A stretch of DNA of 64,000 nucleotides from a virus (Duplodnaviria; Caudoviricetes): the IMG/VR virus record IMGVR_UViG_3300025718_000006, positions 1,916-65,915 of that record; one strand, given 5' to 3'. Every line of letters starts with the position of its first letter. The first letter of the stretch is position 1. A program made the position numbers and the translations under genes. Positions 18,054-26,682 of this stretch are shown piece by piece. Under the pieces are notes generated by a model. It saw only the letters and a program-made list of their open reading frames with translations, did not search any database and was not told the DNA's origin.

Positions 18054-19052
18054 ATGCGTGGTATAGATATTGCAGTTTATCAAATTAACACAGATTTTAA
18101 AAAAGTAAAAGCAAGTGGCGTAGAAATTGTATACATAAAAGCTACAGAGGGCATTACGTATGATTCGGCTCCGTTTAGATTACAATATGCACAAGCCAAA
18201 GCAGCAGAATTAAAAGTTGGATTTTATCATTATATGAGGACCAATGATCCAGTCAAAGAAGCTCAACATTTTCTTAGTTCTACAAACGGCTTACAAGTTG
18301 ATTGCAAATATGCTATAGACATTGAAGAAACAGAAGGTCGTAACTCAACTCAGATTAGTTCCGGCGTTAGAAAGTTTGCTGATTATATGTTAAGTCAAGG
18401 TAAGGAAGTTTGCATTTATACAGGCGATTCGTTTTATGCTAACAACTTGAATCAAACGGTTAAAGATATACCATTGTGGGTTGCTCATTACGGAGTTGTT
18501 AAACCAAATGTAAAAGTATATGCCGGATTTCAATATTCCTCTACAGGCGATGTAAGCGGTGTTAATGGGCATGTTGATGTAAATGTATTTTATGATGATA
18601 TTCTTATAAAAGGTAAAAGCAATGTAACTCTTTTAGGCAAACCTATTTCAGCTATTAAAGAAACTATTAAATATGGTTATGTTACTGCAACTGTACTAAA
18701 TGTTAGAAGTGGTTCTGATATAGATTTTAATACTATAGGTCAGTTTAAAAAAGGTGATAAAGTTAGGCTAGGCAACAAGGTTGGAAATTGGATAAACGTA
18801 TATTTTGGCGATCATGGTGGTTGGTGTAGTTCTGAATTTATTAGCAATGGAGCTGCTTCAATTAAATATCCTATTACTAAAACAGTAATTGCAGATGTTT
18901 TAAATGTTAGGTCCGGAGCCGGAACAAACTTTGCAGATATAGGCAATAAAATTAATGGAGAAAAAGTCATTGTTGAGCGTGTTTCTAATGGATTTAGTAA
19001 TATTCGTTTTGGCAATCATGGCGGTTGGGTATCAAATCAGTATCTTAGATAA
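18054..19052 (+). CDS. Endolysin: GH25 muramidase with two SH3b cell-wall-binding domains
   Basis: GIDIAVYQ, YIKATEG, AIDIEE, LWVAHYG, FQYSSTG..SG..G.VD.N; two LNVRSG...GGW repeats. Confidence 0.92.
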   Translation: MRGIDIAVYQINTDFKKVKASGVEIVYIKATEGITYDSAPFRLQYAQAKAAELKVGFYHYMRTNDPVKEAQHFLSSTNGLQVDCKYAIDIEETEGRNSTQISSGVRKFADYMLSQGKEVCIYTGDSFYANNLNQTVKDIPLWVAHYGVVKPNVKVYAGFQYSSTGDVSGVNGHVDVNVFYDDILIKGKSNVTLLGKPISAIKETIKYGYVTATVLNVRSGSDIDFNTIGQFKKGDKVRLGNKVGNWINVYFGDHGGWCSSEFISNGAASIKYPITKTVIADVLNVRSGAGTNFADIGNKINGEKVIVERVSNGFSNIRFGNHGGWVSNQYLR

Positions 19053-19144
19053 TGTAAACAATATGTGTACATGAAGAAATCAGCATTTACAATGTGTTTA
19101 CGTATGTGTACATATATTACAAATTAAAATTGGAGGTTTTATTA

Positions 19145-19342
19145 ATGGATATAAAAGCAAGATTAAGAAACAAAGCATTTTTATTAAGTTTAGTAGCTTT
19201 TTTGGTATTGGTAATTAAGACGTTTACAAAAATAGAGTTACCGGCTAATTTTGATACGTTGGTAGATATGCTATTAACAATATTAGTGGGTTTGGGTGTT
19301 GTAATAAATCCATTAACCGAAGGAATCACAGACAAAGAATGA
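19145..19342 (+). CDS. Holin (phiLC3-like)
   Basis: MDIKARLRNKAFLLSL...GLGVVINPLTEGITD; ATG 19145 follows GGAGG. Confidence 0.85.
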   Translation: MDIKARLRNKAFLLSLVAFLVLVIKTFTKIELPANFDTLVDMLLTILVGLGVVINPLTEGITDKE

Positions 19343-19358
19343 TTACATACAATAGAAT

Positions 19359-19435
19359 AAGAGGTAACTAGTTGCAGCTACCTCTTTATAATATATTTTC
19401 CTATGGAGCTACTTAGTTGTGGCTCTTATTTTTAT
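19359..19435. terminator. Paired terminators between the convergent lysis and leftward operons
   Basis: AAGAGGTA/TACCTCTT and GAGCTAC/GTGGCTC plus T-runs. Confidence 0.6.
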
Positions 19436-19444
19436 TTCTTGTCA

Positions 19445-19690
19445 TTAAAATTCAACCTCACCATTTATTATTTCATCAATGCGAAAATCTTTTTCAGTAT
19501 CCGTTAAACTATCTAATTCATTTGTACCTACCTGTAATTCTAATTGTAGATTACAAAGATTACAGAAAACCGAATCCAATGTATTAAATCTTTTATATTT
19601 TTCATCAGTATCAATATCTTCTTCTAATTTATCTTTTTCAGTTAACATTTCATTTCTTAATTTGTCTATTACATCAATATATTTCTGCAT
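19445..19690 (-). CDS. Small acidic hypothetical protein
   Basis: 81 aa, Asp/Glu-rich, RBS upstream on the minus strand. Confidence 0.6.
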   Translation of the reverse strand: MQKYIDVIDKLRNEMLTEKDKLEEDIDTDEKYKRFNTLDSVFCNLCNLQLELQVGTNELDSLTDTEKDFRIDEIINGEVEF

Positions 19691-19702
19691 TTAACATGCT
19701 CC

Positions 19703-19849
19703 TTATTTATTATTTTCATTTTGTTCAACAATTTCATTTAACGTTTTATATATACCATATTCAAATTGAGTATATCCCTTTGTTTCTGATAATACGTCTA
19801 TTAGATATTCTATTTCATCCATAGTCAACTTAACATTGTATTCATTCAT
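19703..19849 (-). CDS. Small acidic hypothetical protein (48 aa)
   Basis: MNEYNVKLTMDEIEYLIDVLSETKGYTQFEYGIYKTLNEIVEQNENNK; RBS GAGGGGAG; not in the track. Confidence 0.6.
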   Translation of the reverse strand: MNEYNVKLTMDEIEYLIDVLSETKGYTQFEYGIYKTLNEIVEQNENNK

Positions 19850-19861
19850 TTTACACTCCCC

Positions 19862-20047
19862 TCACACGCAACTTTTAGATTTTTCAACTCTAATAATTAT
19901 TGTATCGTTTGTTACATTTTCATCATTTCCAAATATCAATTCATAATGTAATTTATCATCCTCATAATAACCGGATTCTACCATTTCTTTCGTGTCTTCA
20001 TTTTCTAAATTGGCACCTACACTTAATAGAAATTCTTTAACATTCAT
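19862..20047 (-). CDS. Small acidic hypothetical protein
   Basis: 61 aa, RBS AGGAG upstream. Confidence 0.6.
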   Translation of the reverse strand: MNVKEFLLSVGANLENEDTKEMVESGYYEDDKLHYELIFGNDENVTNDTIIIRVEKSKSCV

Positions 20048-20070
20048 TTTTGCACTCTCCTTTAATGTAT

Positions 20071-20247
20071 TTATATTACTTTAAATGCTATGACACTTGC
20101 ACTAGGCATTCCTAATATACTTGTTAATGTAATCGCACCTATTAAAATTAAAACTCTATTGCGTACCTTTAAATGGTGGTTACGGTCATTGATTGCAGTT
20201 TGTAATCCCTTATAAGATAGAGGATAAGTTTTTTTGCTATTTAACAT
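20071..20247 (-). CDS. Small membrane protein (58 aa)
   Basis: MLNSKKTYPLSYKGLQTAINDRNHHLKVRNRVLILIGAITLTSILGMPSASVIAFKVI; RBS GGAAGGAG. Confidence 0.5.
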   Translation of the reverse strand: MLNSKKTYPLSYKGLQTAINDRNHHLKVRNRVLILIGAITLTSILGMPSASVIAFKVI

Positions 20248-20326
20248 GTATTTGCTCCTTCCATATCGGTCATACTTTATACTATGTGTTAATTACAAAT
20301 GTGTTACCGAATATTAAATAAAAATC

Positions 20327-20355
20327 TTGCACATTAAATAATAATGGAGTATAGT
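20327..20355 (+). promoter_or_regulatory. sigmaA-type promoter
   Basis: TTGCAC-17 bp-TATAGT. Confidence 0.6.
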
Positions 20356-20388
20356 ATGTATAAAGGAATATAAAGGGAGGGGAACATC

Positions 20389-20526
20389 ATAATAAAGAAA
20401 AAGACATTTTCAATAGACGAAGTAATTTTAGCGAAGTTTACTAAAAAGGCTAAAGGAAATTCTATTAATATGAGCAACTGGATTCAAAAGCATATGGAAG
20501 AATATATAAAGGAAGAAGTGAAATAG
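20389..20526 (+). CDS. Ribbon-helix-helix (CopG-like) regulator, probable ATA start
   Basis: IIKKKTFSIDEVILAKFTKKAKGNSINMSNWIQKHMEEYIKEEVK; RBS GGGAGGGG; beta-strand KKTFSID then two helices. Confidence 0.65.
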   Translation: MIKKKTFSIDEVILAKFTKKAKGNSINMSNWIQKHMEEYIKEEVK

Positions 20527-20868
20527 ATGGCTTTTGAAACTATAAAAGCAACTAGAAAGTTTGGTGAGGGTGTTAAAGTACTGAAAGACTATAATAAAGA
20601 TATTTACAATCCGTTAGAAGATGGAACTTCTGAAATGGTTAAAAATTCAAGTGACATTATAGATAAGGCAATTAAAGAAAATGTAGAAGCTGGGTTTAAT
20701 TATATGGTAGTTAAAAGAGAAACTGTATACGAAGAAAATAAAGCAACAATGAAAATTCAATATAAAGGGTTTTATGATAAGAGTGCAAAATTATTTGCAG
20801 AGCAAGGTTATGAAGTGTTCGACTTATCAAAAGCTAGAGAATATTTAAAGAAAAGAGAGAACTATTAA
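20527..20868 (+). CDS. Hypothetical protein
   Basis: 113 aa, coupled to the RHH gene. Confidence 0.65.
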   Translation: MAFETIKATRKFGEGVKVLKDYNKDIYNPLEDGTSEMVKNSSDIIDKAIKENVEAGFNYMVVKRETVYEENKATMKIQYKGFYDKSAKLFAEQGYEVFDLSKAREYLKKRENY

Positions 20869-20889
20869 TTTATATTTTAAAAATTCATT

Positions 20890-20918
20890 TTACACATAAC
20901 GTTGAAATGTTGTATAAT
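20890..20918 (+). promoter_or_regulatory. Replication-gene promoter overlapped by an operator copy
   Basis: TTACAC ATAAC GTTGAA (20890-20906); TATAAT at 20913-20918. Confidence 0.6.
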
Positions 20919-20935
20919 GGGGATATGCCAATTTA

Positions 20936-21011
20936 CAAAAAAAATAAAAAGCATCAGCGGGCATCGCAAATGCTATTTAGGTTTATATTCTATATGCTTT
21001 TAAAAATATCT
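20936..21011 (-). ncRNA. Candidate countertranscript (antisense) RNA in the rep leader
   Basis: Minus-strand TGA-TATAAT (21026-21018). Minus-strand hairpin AGCATT.GCG...CGC.GATGCT followed by a long U-tract (20975-20936). Confidence 0.55.
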
Positions 21012-21092
21012 AATTATATTATATCACATTTTCTTTAAAAGTATACTGGTTATTTAACCTAAAATTAAAAAATTTTAGGAGGAATTAATATT

Positions 21093-21989
21093 ATGGACAA
21101 AAGCGTTATAAGAGTAAAGAAGGATTCGGATAATCCTTATGTAATGATGAATAAATTGTTTTTAAGTGAAAAAGGACTTAGTTGGAAAGCAAAAGGGTTA
21201 TTGTCTTACTTATTAAGCAAGCCGGATGATTGGAAAATAATTATTGAAAGCTTAATTAAGCAAAGCACAGATGGAGAGAGAGCTACCAGGTCGGCATTAA
21301 ATGAATTAAAAGAGTTTAATTATATTCAACGGTATCCAGTATTTATAAATAAAGTTATAGATCATTGGGAGAGTGTAGTTTATGAAAAACCTAATCAAGA
21401 TGGTAAAATCAAGTCTATTTTTATACTAGAAAATGGAAAAGAAATAGTAAATATGGAATACAATAACGTACAAAGCGAGGAAACATCACTACTTGTGCGA
21501 AACGTAGATGTACCTAACGTAGATGTACCTAACGTAGATGTAGGAAACGCAGGACTACTAATAAATGATTTAACTAATAATGAAATTACTAATAATGATA
21601 ATACTAATATATATATACCTTTTTCTGAAATAGTTGATTATCTTAATTTGAAAGCGGACACAAAATATAGAGCTACAAGCAAAGCTACTAAAGATTTAAT
21701 TAAAGCTAGGTGGAATGAAAAGGCTACACTAGAAGATTTTAAAAAAGTAATTGATATAAAAACGACAGAGTGGAACAAAGAACCTTTACCTAATAAAGAA
21801 GATATGCGTATATATTTAAGACCTCAAACTCTTTTTAGTAATAAGTTTGAAGGATATTTAAACCAGAAACCGCAAAGAGCTTCTATACCTTACAATAAAA
21901 AGAAAAGCGATTTTGCAGAAAATTGTAGCACTAGAGAACAAGTACCAGGAGAATTAGAAGCTTTAGAAAAGCAATTATTAGGATGGTAG
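21093..21989 (+). CDS. Replication initiator (N-terminal HTH plus conserved phage C-terminal domain)
   Basis: LSWKAKGLLSYLLSKPDDW...RSALNELKEFNYI; C-terminal EIVDYLN...LIKARW...FKKVID.K...YLRPQTLF..KFEGYLNQ. Confidence 0.85.
   Translation: MDKSVIRVKKDSDNPYVMMNKLFLSEKGLSWKAKGLLSYLLSKPDDWKIIIESLIKQSTDGERATRSALNELKEFNYIQRYPVFINKVIDHWESVVYEKPNQDGKIKSIFILENGKEIVNMEYNNVQSEETSLLVRNVDVPNVDVPNVDVGNAGLLINDLTNNEITNNDNTNIYIPFSEIVDYLNLKADTKYRATSKATKDLIKARWNEKATLEDFKKVIDIKTTEWNKEPLPNKEDMRIYLRPQTLFSNKFEGYLNQKPQRASIPYNKKKSDFAENCSTREQVPGELEALEKQLLGW
21501..21545 (+). repeat. Three tandem 15-bp repeats inside rep (candidate origin iterons)
   Basis: AACGTAGATGTACCT x2 then AACGTAGATGTAGGA; encodes NVDVP NVDVP NVDVG. 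Confidence 0.75.
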
Positions 21990-22486
21990 ATTATCATTGG
22001 TATATAACTCCTAAAGAATATGATTTAGCTTTAAACAATGGAATATCGAACCACGTTTTAGAAAATCGCATACATGAGTATGGGTGGGATATTAAAAGAG
22101 CTTGCACAGAACATTTGCATAGACAAGGACTTAAAAACATATTAACCGATGAAATAAAAGAAACTTTGAAAATAAATAATATAAAAATAGCTACTTTTAG
22201 TGCTAGGGTATTACGACTTGGATGGACCACAGAAAGAGCTATGAACACACATACGTTAACTGCTAAAGAATCAATAAATCTTGCAGTTGAAAGTATACGT
22301 AAAATTTCTATAGAGCAATACGAGGTAGCTAAGAATAATGGTATTAAGGTAACCACATTGCAATGCAGGGTTAAAAGAGGTTGGAATCCAGAGAAAGCAA
22401 GTACAACTCCAACTATGACAAAAACAGAGGTTGCTAATTCAGGATATTTCCATAAACTCAATACATTGGTATATACAAAGATATGA
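21983..22486 (+). CDS. PVL ORF50-like repeat DNA-binding protein
   Basis: Three repeats of A..NGI....L..R....GW..E(R/K)A.T.P. Confidence 0.6.
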   Translation: MVDYHWYITPKEYDLALNNGISNHVLENRIHEYGWDIKRACTEHLHRQGLKNILTDEIKETLKINNIKIATFSARVLRLGWTTERAMNTHTLTAKESINLAVESIRKISIEQYEVAKNNGIKVTTLQCRVKRGWNPEKASTTPTMTKTEVANSGYFHKLNTLVYTKI

Positions 22487-22496
22487 GGGGGAAAAT

Positions 22497-22838
22497 ATGA
22501 AAGGTTTGATAATAAAACCAAAGTGGGCAGAATTAATTTTAAGCGGTGAAAAAACAATTGAGGTCAGAGGTAGTAAAACTAATATTCATGGGAAAATAGG
22601 GATAATTGAAAGTGGTAGTAAAAAAGTGTTTGGTACAGTTTTCTTATACCATTGTTTTAAAATAAACAGACACAATTTTGGGATAATGCAAAGCAGCCAC
22701 ATGTTAACTATAACTTACGAGGAATTGCTTGAAATATATCCTAATCCTTATGGATGGTGTATTGAAGATGCTAAAAGATATGATATTCCAGTTTCTTATG
22801 AGCATAAACAAGGCTGCGTAATTTGGGTGAATCTATGA
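22497..22838 (+). CDS. ASCH domain protein
   Basis: GLIIKPKWAELILSGEKTIEVRG...G.V....C...YGW......Y..P..Y..KQGCVIW; ATG 22497 follows GAGGGGG. Confidence 0.8.
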   Translation: MKGLIIKPKWAELILSGEKTIEVRGSKTNIHGKIGIIESGSKKVFGTVFLYHCFKINRHNFGIMQSSHMLTITYEELLEIYPNPYGWCIEDAKRYDIPVSYEHKQGCVIWVNL

Positions 22839-23091
22839 AAGATATAGTAAAACAGGTTAATGTGGTCAAAGCAACTTCATATGATTATAATTGCAATCAA
22901 ATTGTTGATGCCAACGATAGAAGAAAAATGAGTAAGATGTTAAATAGATATTCCAGAAGAAAATTAAAACAAGAGTTAAATAAGGATATTTAGAGACACA
23001 CTGAGAGTAATAAAAATAATAAGGCGTAATTATGTAATGATTAAATAAAAGTTCAGTACAAACGAAATTTAAGGACTTGGGAGGTATTCAG

Positions 23092-23463
23092 ATGCTATCA
23101 AGAAGCACAAACGGAAAATTAAGGCTAAAAGATTTTACATTAAGCGTTATTTTAGACGATTTATTTGAAATATGTGAGAATGAGGAAGAAGTTAAGTTTT
23201 TATTTAATAATTTGAAATATGTTGCGGATAAATCGGCAACAAGAAGACTTGAAGAATTAGACAATGATCCAGGAGAAATAATCTTTAAGGAAGTTTCTGA
23301 GGACAAAACTGAAACTTTGGATTTTAAGGGATTTTGTAAAGATTGCAAGCATTTAGTGAAATCTTATCGTAAAGGACATCACTGTCCAAATGGGAACGGA
23401 ACTTCTAATATAATTGAAAATATAGATACTGAGTTTTGTAGCGGATTTGAAATAAAAATTTAA
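23092..23463 (+). CDS. Hypothetical protein with C-terminal Cys motif
   Basis: ATG follows GGAGG; CKDC...C...C near the C-terminus. Confidence 0.6.
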   Translation: MLSRSTNGKLRLKDFTLSVILDDLFEICENEEEVKFLFNNLKYVADKSATRRLEELDNDPGEIIFKEVSEDKTETLDFKGFCKDCKHLVKSYRKGHHCPNGNGTSNIIENIDTEFCSGFEIKI

Positions 23464-23476
23464 TTATAAAATATAT

Positions 23477-23517
23477 TTCAACATAACGTTGTAATTAGCA
23501 ACTTTAAGGTATATAGT
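23477..23517 (+). promoter_or_regulatory. Early promoter with operator
   Basis: TTCAAC ATAAC GTTGTA (23477-23493); TTGTAA-17 bp-TATAGT. Confidence 0.7.
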
Positions 23518-23557
23518 ATAAATATGGTAAAAACAAATTCTGAGGGGGATTATTTAC

Positions 23558-24178
23558 ATGAATTATAAAGAAACGGAAAAGGAAATTAAAGAATGGTTTG
23601 AAAAACATGTTGCGGAATTTAAAAAATATGATGATAGGGTTTCTGCTTTGAGCTGGGGTGAACCAGGTTCAAGTTCTTATTATACTAGGTTTGTATTTGA
23701 TGGTTCAAGAATGTATGTTACTGGTGATATAGGTGATGCAGTATTTTGTTTTACTGAAAAGGCTAGCGTTGAATCAATTATAAGTTATGGACTTGATTAT
23801 TTTCATGGAAAACTATCTGCACTTGACGAGGATAAATATTCTTTTGATACTGATGATGCTAAAGCAAGAATAAAAGAGGAAATAGATAATATAAATGATG
23901 ATGATTTTGATTTAGATAATAAAAAAGATATTGAGAGAAAGGAAAGAATAGATAATCACGTTAAACTATTAAGAGAATTGATAGTAGCTGCTGAAAATTG
24001 TACTTGTAAAAGTAATTGGGATTATGAAGTTAATCAAGTTTACGATGATTTAACTGATTATGATTGTGATATAGCTGAATGGATATTTAAAGCTGGCGAT
24101 ATTATACCTTATAGAGTTCAAGCTTACTTGGTAGGCTTAAAAATGGCATATGAACAATTTAATAAGGGGGATAAATAA
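23558..24178 (+). CDS. Conserved phage hypothetical protein
   Basis: 206 aa acidic; W..PGSS.Y..RF.FDG..MYVTGDIG.AVF pattern. Confidence 0.7.
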   Translation: MNYKETEKEIKEWFEKHVAEFKKYDDRVSALSWGEPGSSSYYTRFVFDGSRMYVTGDIGDAVFCFTEKASVESIISYGLDYFHGKLSALDEDKYSFDTDDAKARIKEEIDNINDDDFDLDNKKDIERKERIDNHVKLLRELIVAAENCTCKSNWDYEVNQVYDDLTDYDCDIAEWIFKAGDIIPYRVQAYLVGLKMAYEQFNKGDK

Positions 24179-24179
24179 C

Positions 24180-24728
24180 ATGGAAAATAAAGATATAAAA
24201 AATGTTCTAGGTTCAATATTTGATGGATTAATTAATGCGGAGGAAACGGAAACTAAAAAAGGGTTTAGTGATAAAATTGAAAGCTTGGTAAATTCAAAAT
24301 ACGACTTAAAAGATATGGAGAAATTTGATGTATTTATTAAATATCCATTAAAAAAAGTGCTTAGGGCGGTTGCAAATGGGTTGAATCCAGAAGTAACGGA
24401 CCGCAATAAATTATCAAAACTATTTTTCATATATGACAATTATAATTATATTGATAGAAGTTTAGCGAATTTGATTTCTGCAAAAGAGGGCGGAGGTTGC
24501 AGCGTAGATAAATCAAGGTGGATTATTAAAAGTTATAGGGAATATATCATTAATGGCATCATTCCGGACATGACAATAGAAGATAGATGTTATTGGAAAC
24601 CACATTATGGAACAGGGGAACAATGGATGTTTTTCTGCACTGGGTTAATGAATTTGTATCATGGTGATCCTAAAGAATATTTACTTTCTCTTATGGGTTT
24701 GAAAAATGCAGAAGGCGTTAAGTTATGA
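24180..24728 (+). CDS. Hypothetical protein
   Basis: ATG 24180 follows AAGGGGG. Confidence 0.65.
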   Translation: MENKDIKNVLGSIFDGLINAEETETKKGFSDKIESLVNSKYDLKDMEKFDVFIKYPLKKVLRAVANGLNPEVTDRNKLSKLFFIYDNYNYIDRSLANLISAKEGGGCSVDKSRWIIKSYREYIINGIIPDMTIEDRCYWKPHYGTGEQWMFFCTGLMNLYHGDPKEYLLSLMGLKNAEGVKL

Positions 24729-24982
24729 AGATAGAGCTATTAAATACCGTAGAGCAGTTTGAAAAACTCAACAAAGGTGAATCAATACTTGTAAAATGGA
24801 ACGATTATTTTGTGAAACATACTCCTAAGTCTAAAAACATTATGTTTTATAATATTTACGAGAATAAAAAAAATCAAGAGGAAATTATATGCCAAATTAA
24901 AGACAATCATTTTTTTAATTATGATAGGTATTTACAAGAATTAAGCAATGCGTTAGAAGTTTATAAAGTTAATGAATTTTAA
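24725..24982 (+). CDS. Hypothetical protein
   Basis: 85 aa, ATGA overlap. Confidence 0.6.
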   Translation: MKIELLNTVEQFEKLNKGESILVKWNDYFVKHTPKSKNIMFYNIYENKKNQEEIICQIKDNHFFNYDRYLQELSNALEVYKVNEF

Positions 24983-25212
24983 AAGTCAAGGAGAGAAATA
25001 TGGTAGAAACAAAAGTAAATCCAAATATAAGAGTTCAACCGCGAGTTTGTAAAAGATGTTTTGATTTTATATATACACCTATTTCAGAACAGATATGTGT
25101 ATTCAAAGATATTAGGCATAATGATTTTATAGAGGTGTGTAATAAGAACTGCAAAGGTAAATAGCGTGGTACGTAATATGATTATAATGCGACTTAAAAA
25201 AGGAGATATTTT

Positions 25213-25410
25213 ATGTTAGATAAAATGAAAAAAGAATTATTAGATAAAATTGAAGGCACAGACGAATTGTGCAATTATTGCTCGTGGACACGTGGTGGAA
25301 ACATAAACACTTGTATGGGAATGTGTGAAGGCAGATGGTGTAAAGAAGCCTCTGAAACGTATTTAGATGAATATATAGAAGTGGAGGATAAAAATGTTAG
25401 AACAAAATAA
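25213..25410 (+). CDS. Small Cys-rich hypothetical protein
   Basis: CNYC...C..MC....C; AGGAG RBS. Confidence 0.55.
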   Translation: MLDKMKKELLDKIEGTDELCNYCSWTRGGNINTCMGMCEGRWCKEASETYLDEYIEVEDKNVRTK

Positions 25411-26131
25411 AATTTATTTAGGCAATTGCCTAGAAATAATGAAAGATATAGATAGCAAATCAATAGACATGATTCTTTGCGACTTACCTTATGGAACTAC
25501 TAAATGTAAATGGGATAGCGTAATTCCATTCAAAGAGTTGTGGGAGCAATATAATAGGATTATAATCCCTAATGGTGCAATTGTATTATTTGGCAGTGAA
25601 CCATTCAGCAGTAAGCTAAGACTAAGCAATGAAGTGATGTATAAGTACGATTGGTATTGGAGAAAAAGCAAAGCAAATGGTTTTTTAAATGCAAAAAAAA
25701 TGCCATTGAAAGATATCGAGACAATATCAGTATTTTATGCTAAACCTCCTAATTATAACCCACAAGGAATATTACTATACAATAAAGAGATAGTTAATCC
25801 TAAAGGCAAATTAGATAATACAAAACATGTTTCAGGACATAATGGTGGAGCAATTAAAGAAAAAAGTTATATTAGAAAATTCACTAATTACCCACATCAA
25901 GTATTGGACTTCCAAGGTGTGGCAAGACCTATACACAATACTCAAAAACCCGAAGAGCTATACAAATATTTAGCAAAAACTTATACAAACGAAGGTAATT
26001 TAATATTAGATAACTGTTGTGGCAGTGGAACTATAAAAACAGTAAGTACTATAGGCAGAAATTATATTGGAATTGAGAAAGAAGAAGAATTTTATAATAT
26101 GGCATGTGAGCGAAAGTTTGAAGCTAGTTAA
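25394..26131 (+). CDS. Orphan DNA N4/N6 methyltransferase (beta class)
   Basis: DMILCDLPYG (motif IV) precedes H.TQKP and ILDNCCGSGT (motif I); no cognate nuclease nearby. Confidence 0.9.
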   Translation: MLEQNKIYLGNCLEIMKDIDSKSIDMILCDLPYGTTKCKWDSVIPFKELWEQYNRIIIPNGAIVLFGSEPFSSKLRLSNEVMYKYDWYWRKSKANGFLNAKKMPLKDIETISVFYAKPPNYNPQGILLYNKEIVNPKGKLDNTKHVSGHNGGAIKEKSYIRKFTNYPHQVLDFQGVARPIHNTQKPEELYKYLAKTYTNEGNLILDNCCGSGTIKTVSTIGRNYIGIEKEEEFYNMACERKFEAS

Positions 26132-26169
26132 GTCGTAATTCAAAAATATTTTGCACTAAGGGGGTAAAA

Positions 26170-26496
26170 ATGAATTACAGTTATTATATATCACCAGAGC
26201 AATACACTTTAGGATTAAGCCATGGTATAGCCAATCAAACATTAACGCATAGAGTACGTATTTATGGTTGGGATATAGAAAGAGCGTGTACAGAACATAT
26301 TAAGCATATTGACATAAACATTACTGACGAAATGAAACTAATGCTAAAAAACAATGATGTAAGTATAAAAATATACAAGAATAGAGTTAAAGCTGGATGG
26401 AGCGAAGAAAAAGCTCTTAATACTCCGCGAATGAGCAAACAACAATCTCTAGCATTAATAATTGAAAGTAGACGTAAAATTAGAGAAGGAATATAA
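26170..26496 (+). CDS. Second PVL ORF50-like protein (paralogue of 21983..22486)
   Basis: YYISPEQY...GI....L..R...YGWDIERACTEH is near-identical in pattern. Confidence 0.6.
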   Translation: MNYSYYISPEQYTLGLSHGIANQTLTHRVRIYGWDIERACTEHIKHIDINITDEMKLMLKNNDVSIKIYKNRVKAGWSEEKALNTPRMSKQQSLALIIESRRKIREGI

Positions 26497-26597
26497 AAAT
26501 AAGTTTGAATATGCGTTATAATAATAGTTGGAAATATAAACTAAAAACCTTTGTGTTCACTTTAAGGCGGTGGATATGGAGGTTTTTTTATTTAGTG

Positions 26598-26626
26598 TTG
26601 ACATTCTGTAGTAATTTTCATATAAT
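26598..26626 (+). promoter_or_regulatory. Consensus sigmaA promoter of the par operon
   Basis: TTGACA-17 bp-TATAAT. Confidence 0.85.
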
Positions 26627-26670
26627 ATATTACAAAGCATATATTACAAAGTCATAAATATACTACAAAG
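26625..26670 (+). repeat. Candidate parC centromere/ParR operator
   Basis: ATATATTACAAAG at 26625 and 26639, ATATACTACAAAG at 26658, between the -10 box and the RBS. Confidence 0.65.
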
Positions 26671-26682
26671 GGGCGATATATA

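Noticed and set aside
20271-20292. ATACTTTATACTATGTGTTA as a pMV158-type oriT
   Set aside because: Only superficially similar, lacks the TAGTGTG/TTA core, and lies 11 kb from the relaxase in a divergent promoter region.
21994-22557. 187-aa minus-strand ORF
   Set aside because: It is the antisense shadow of the PVL ORF50-like and ASCH genes; no RBS or motif. The same applies to most minus-strand track ORFs (e.g. 2285, 5355, 9649, 11146, 13978, 44536, 51749, 59742).
25394-26131. MTases as parts of restriction-modification systems
   Set aside because: No adjacent restriction endonuclease genes; they read as orphan protective MTases.
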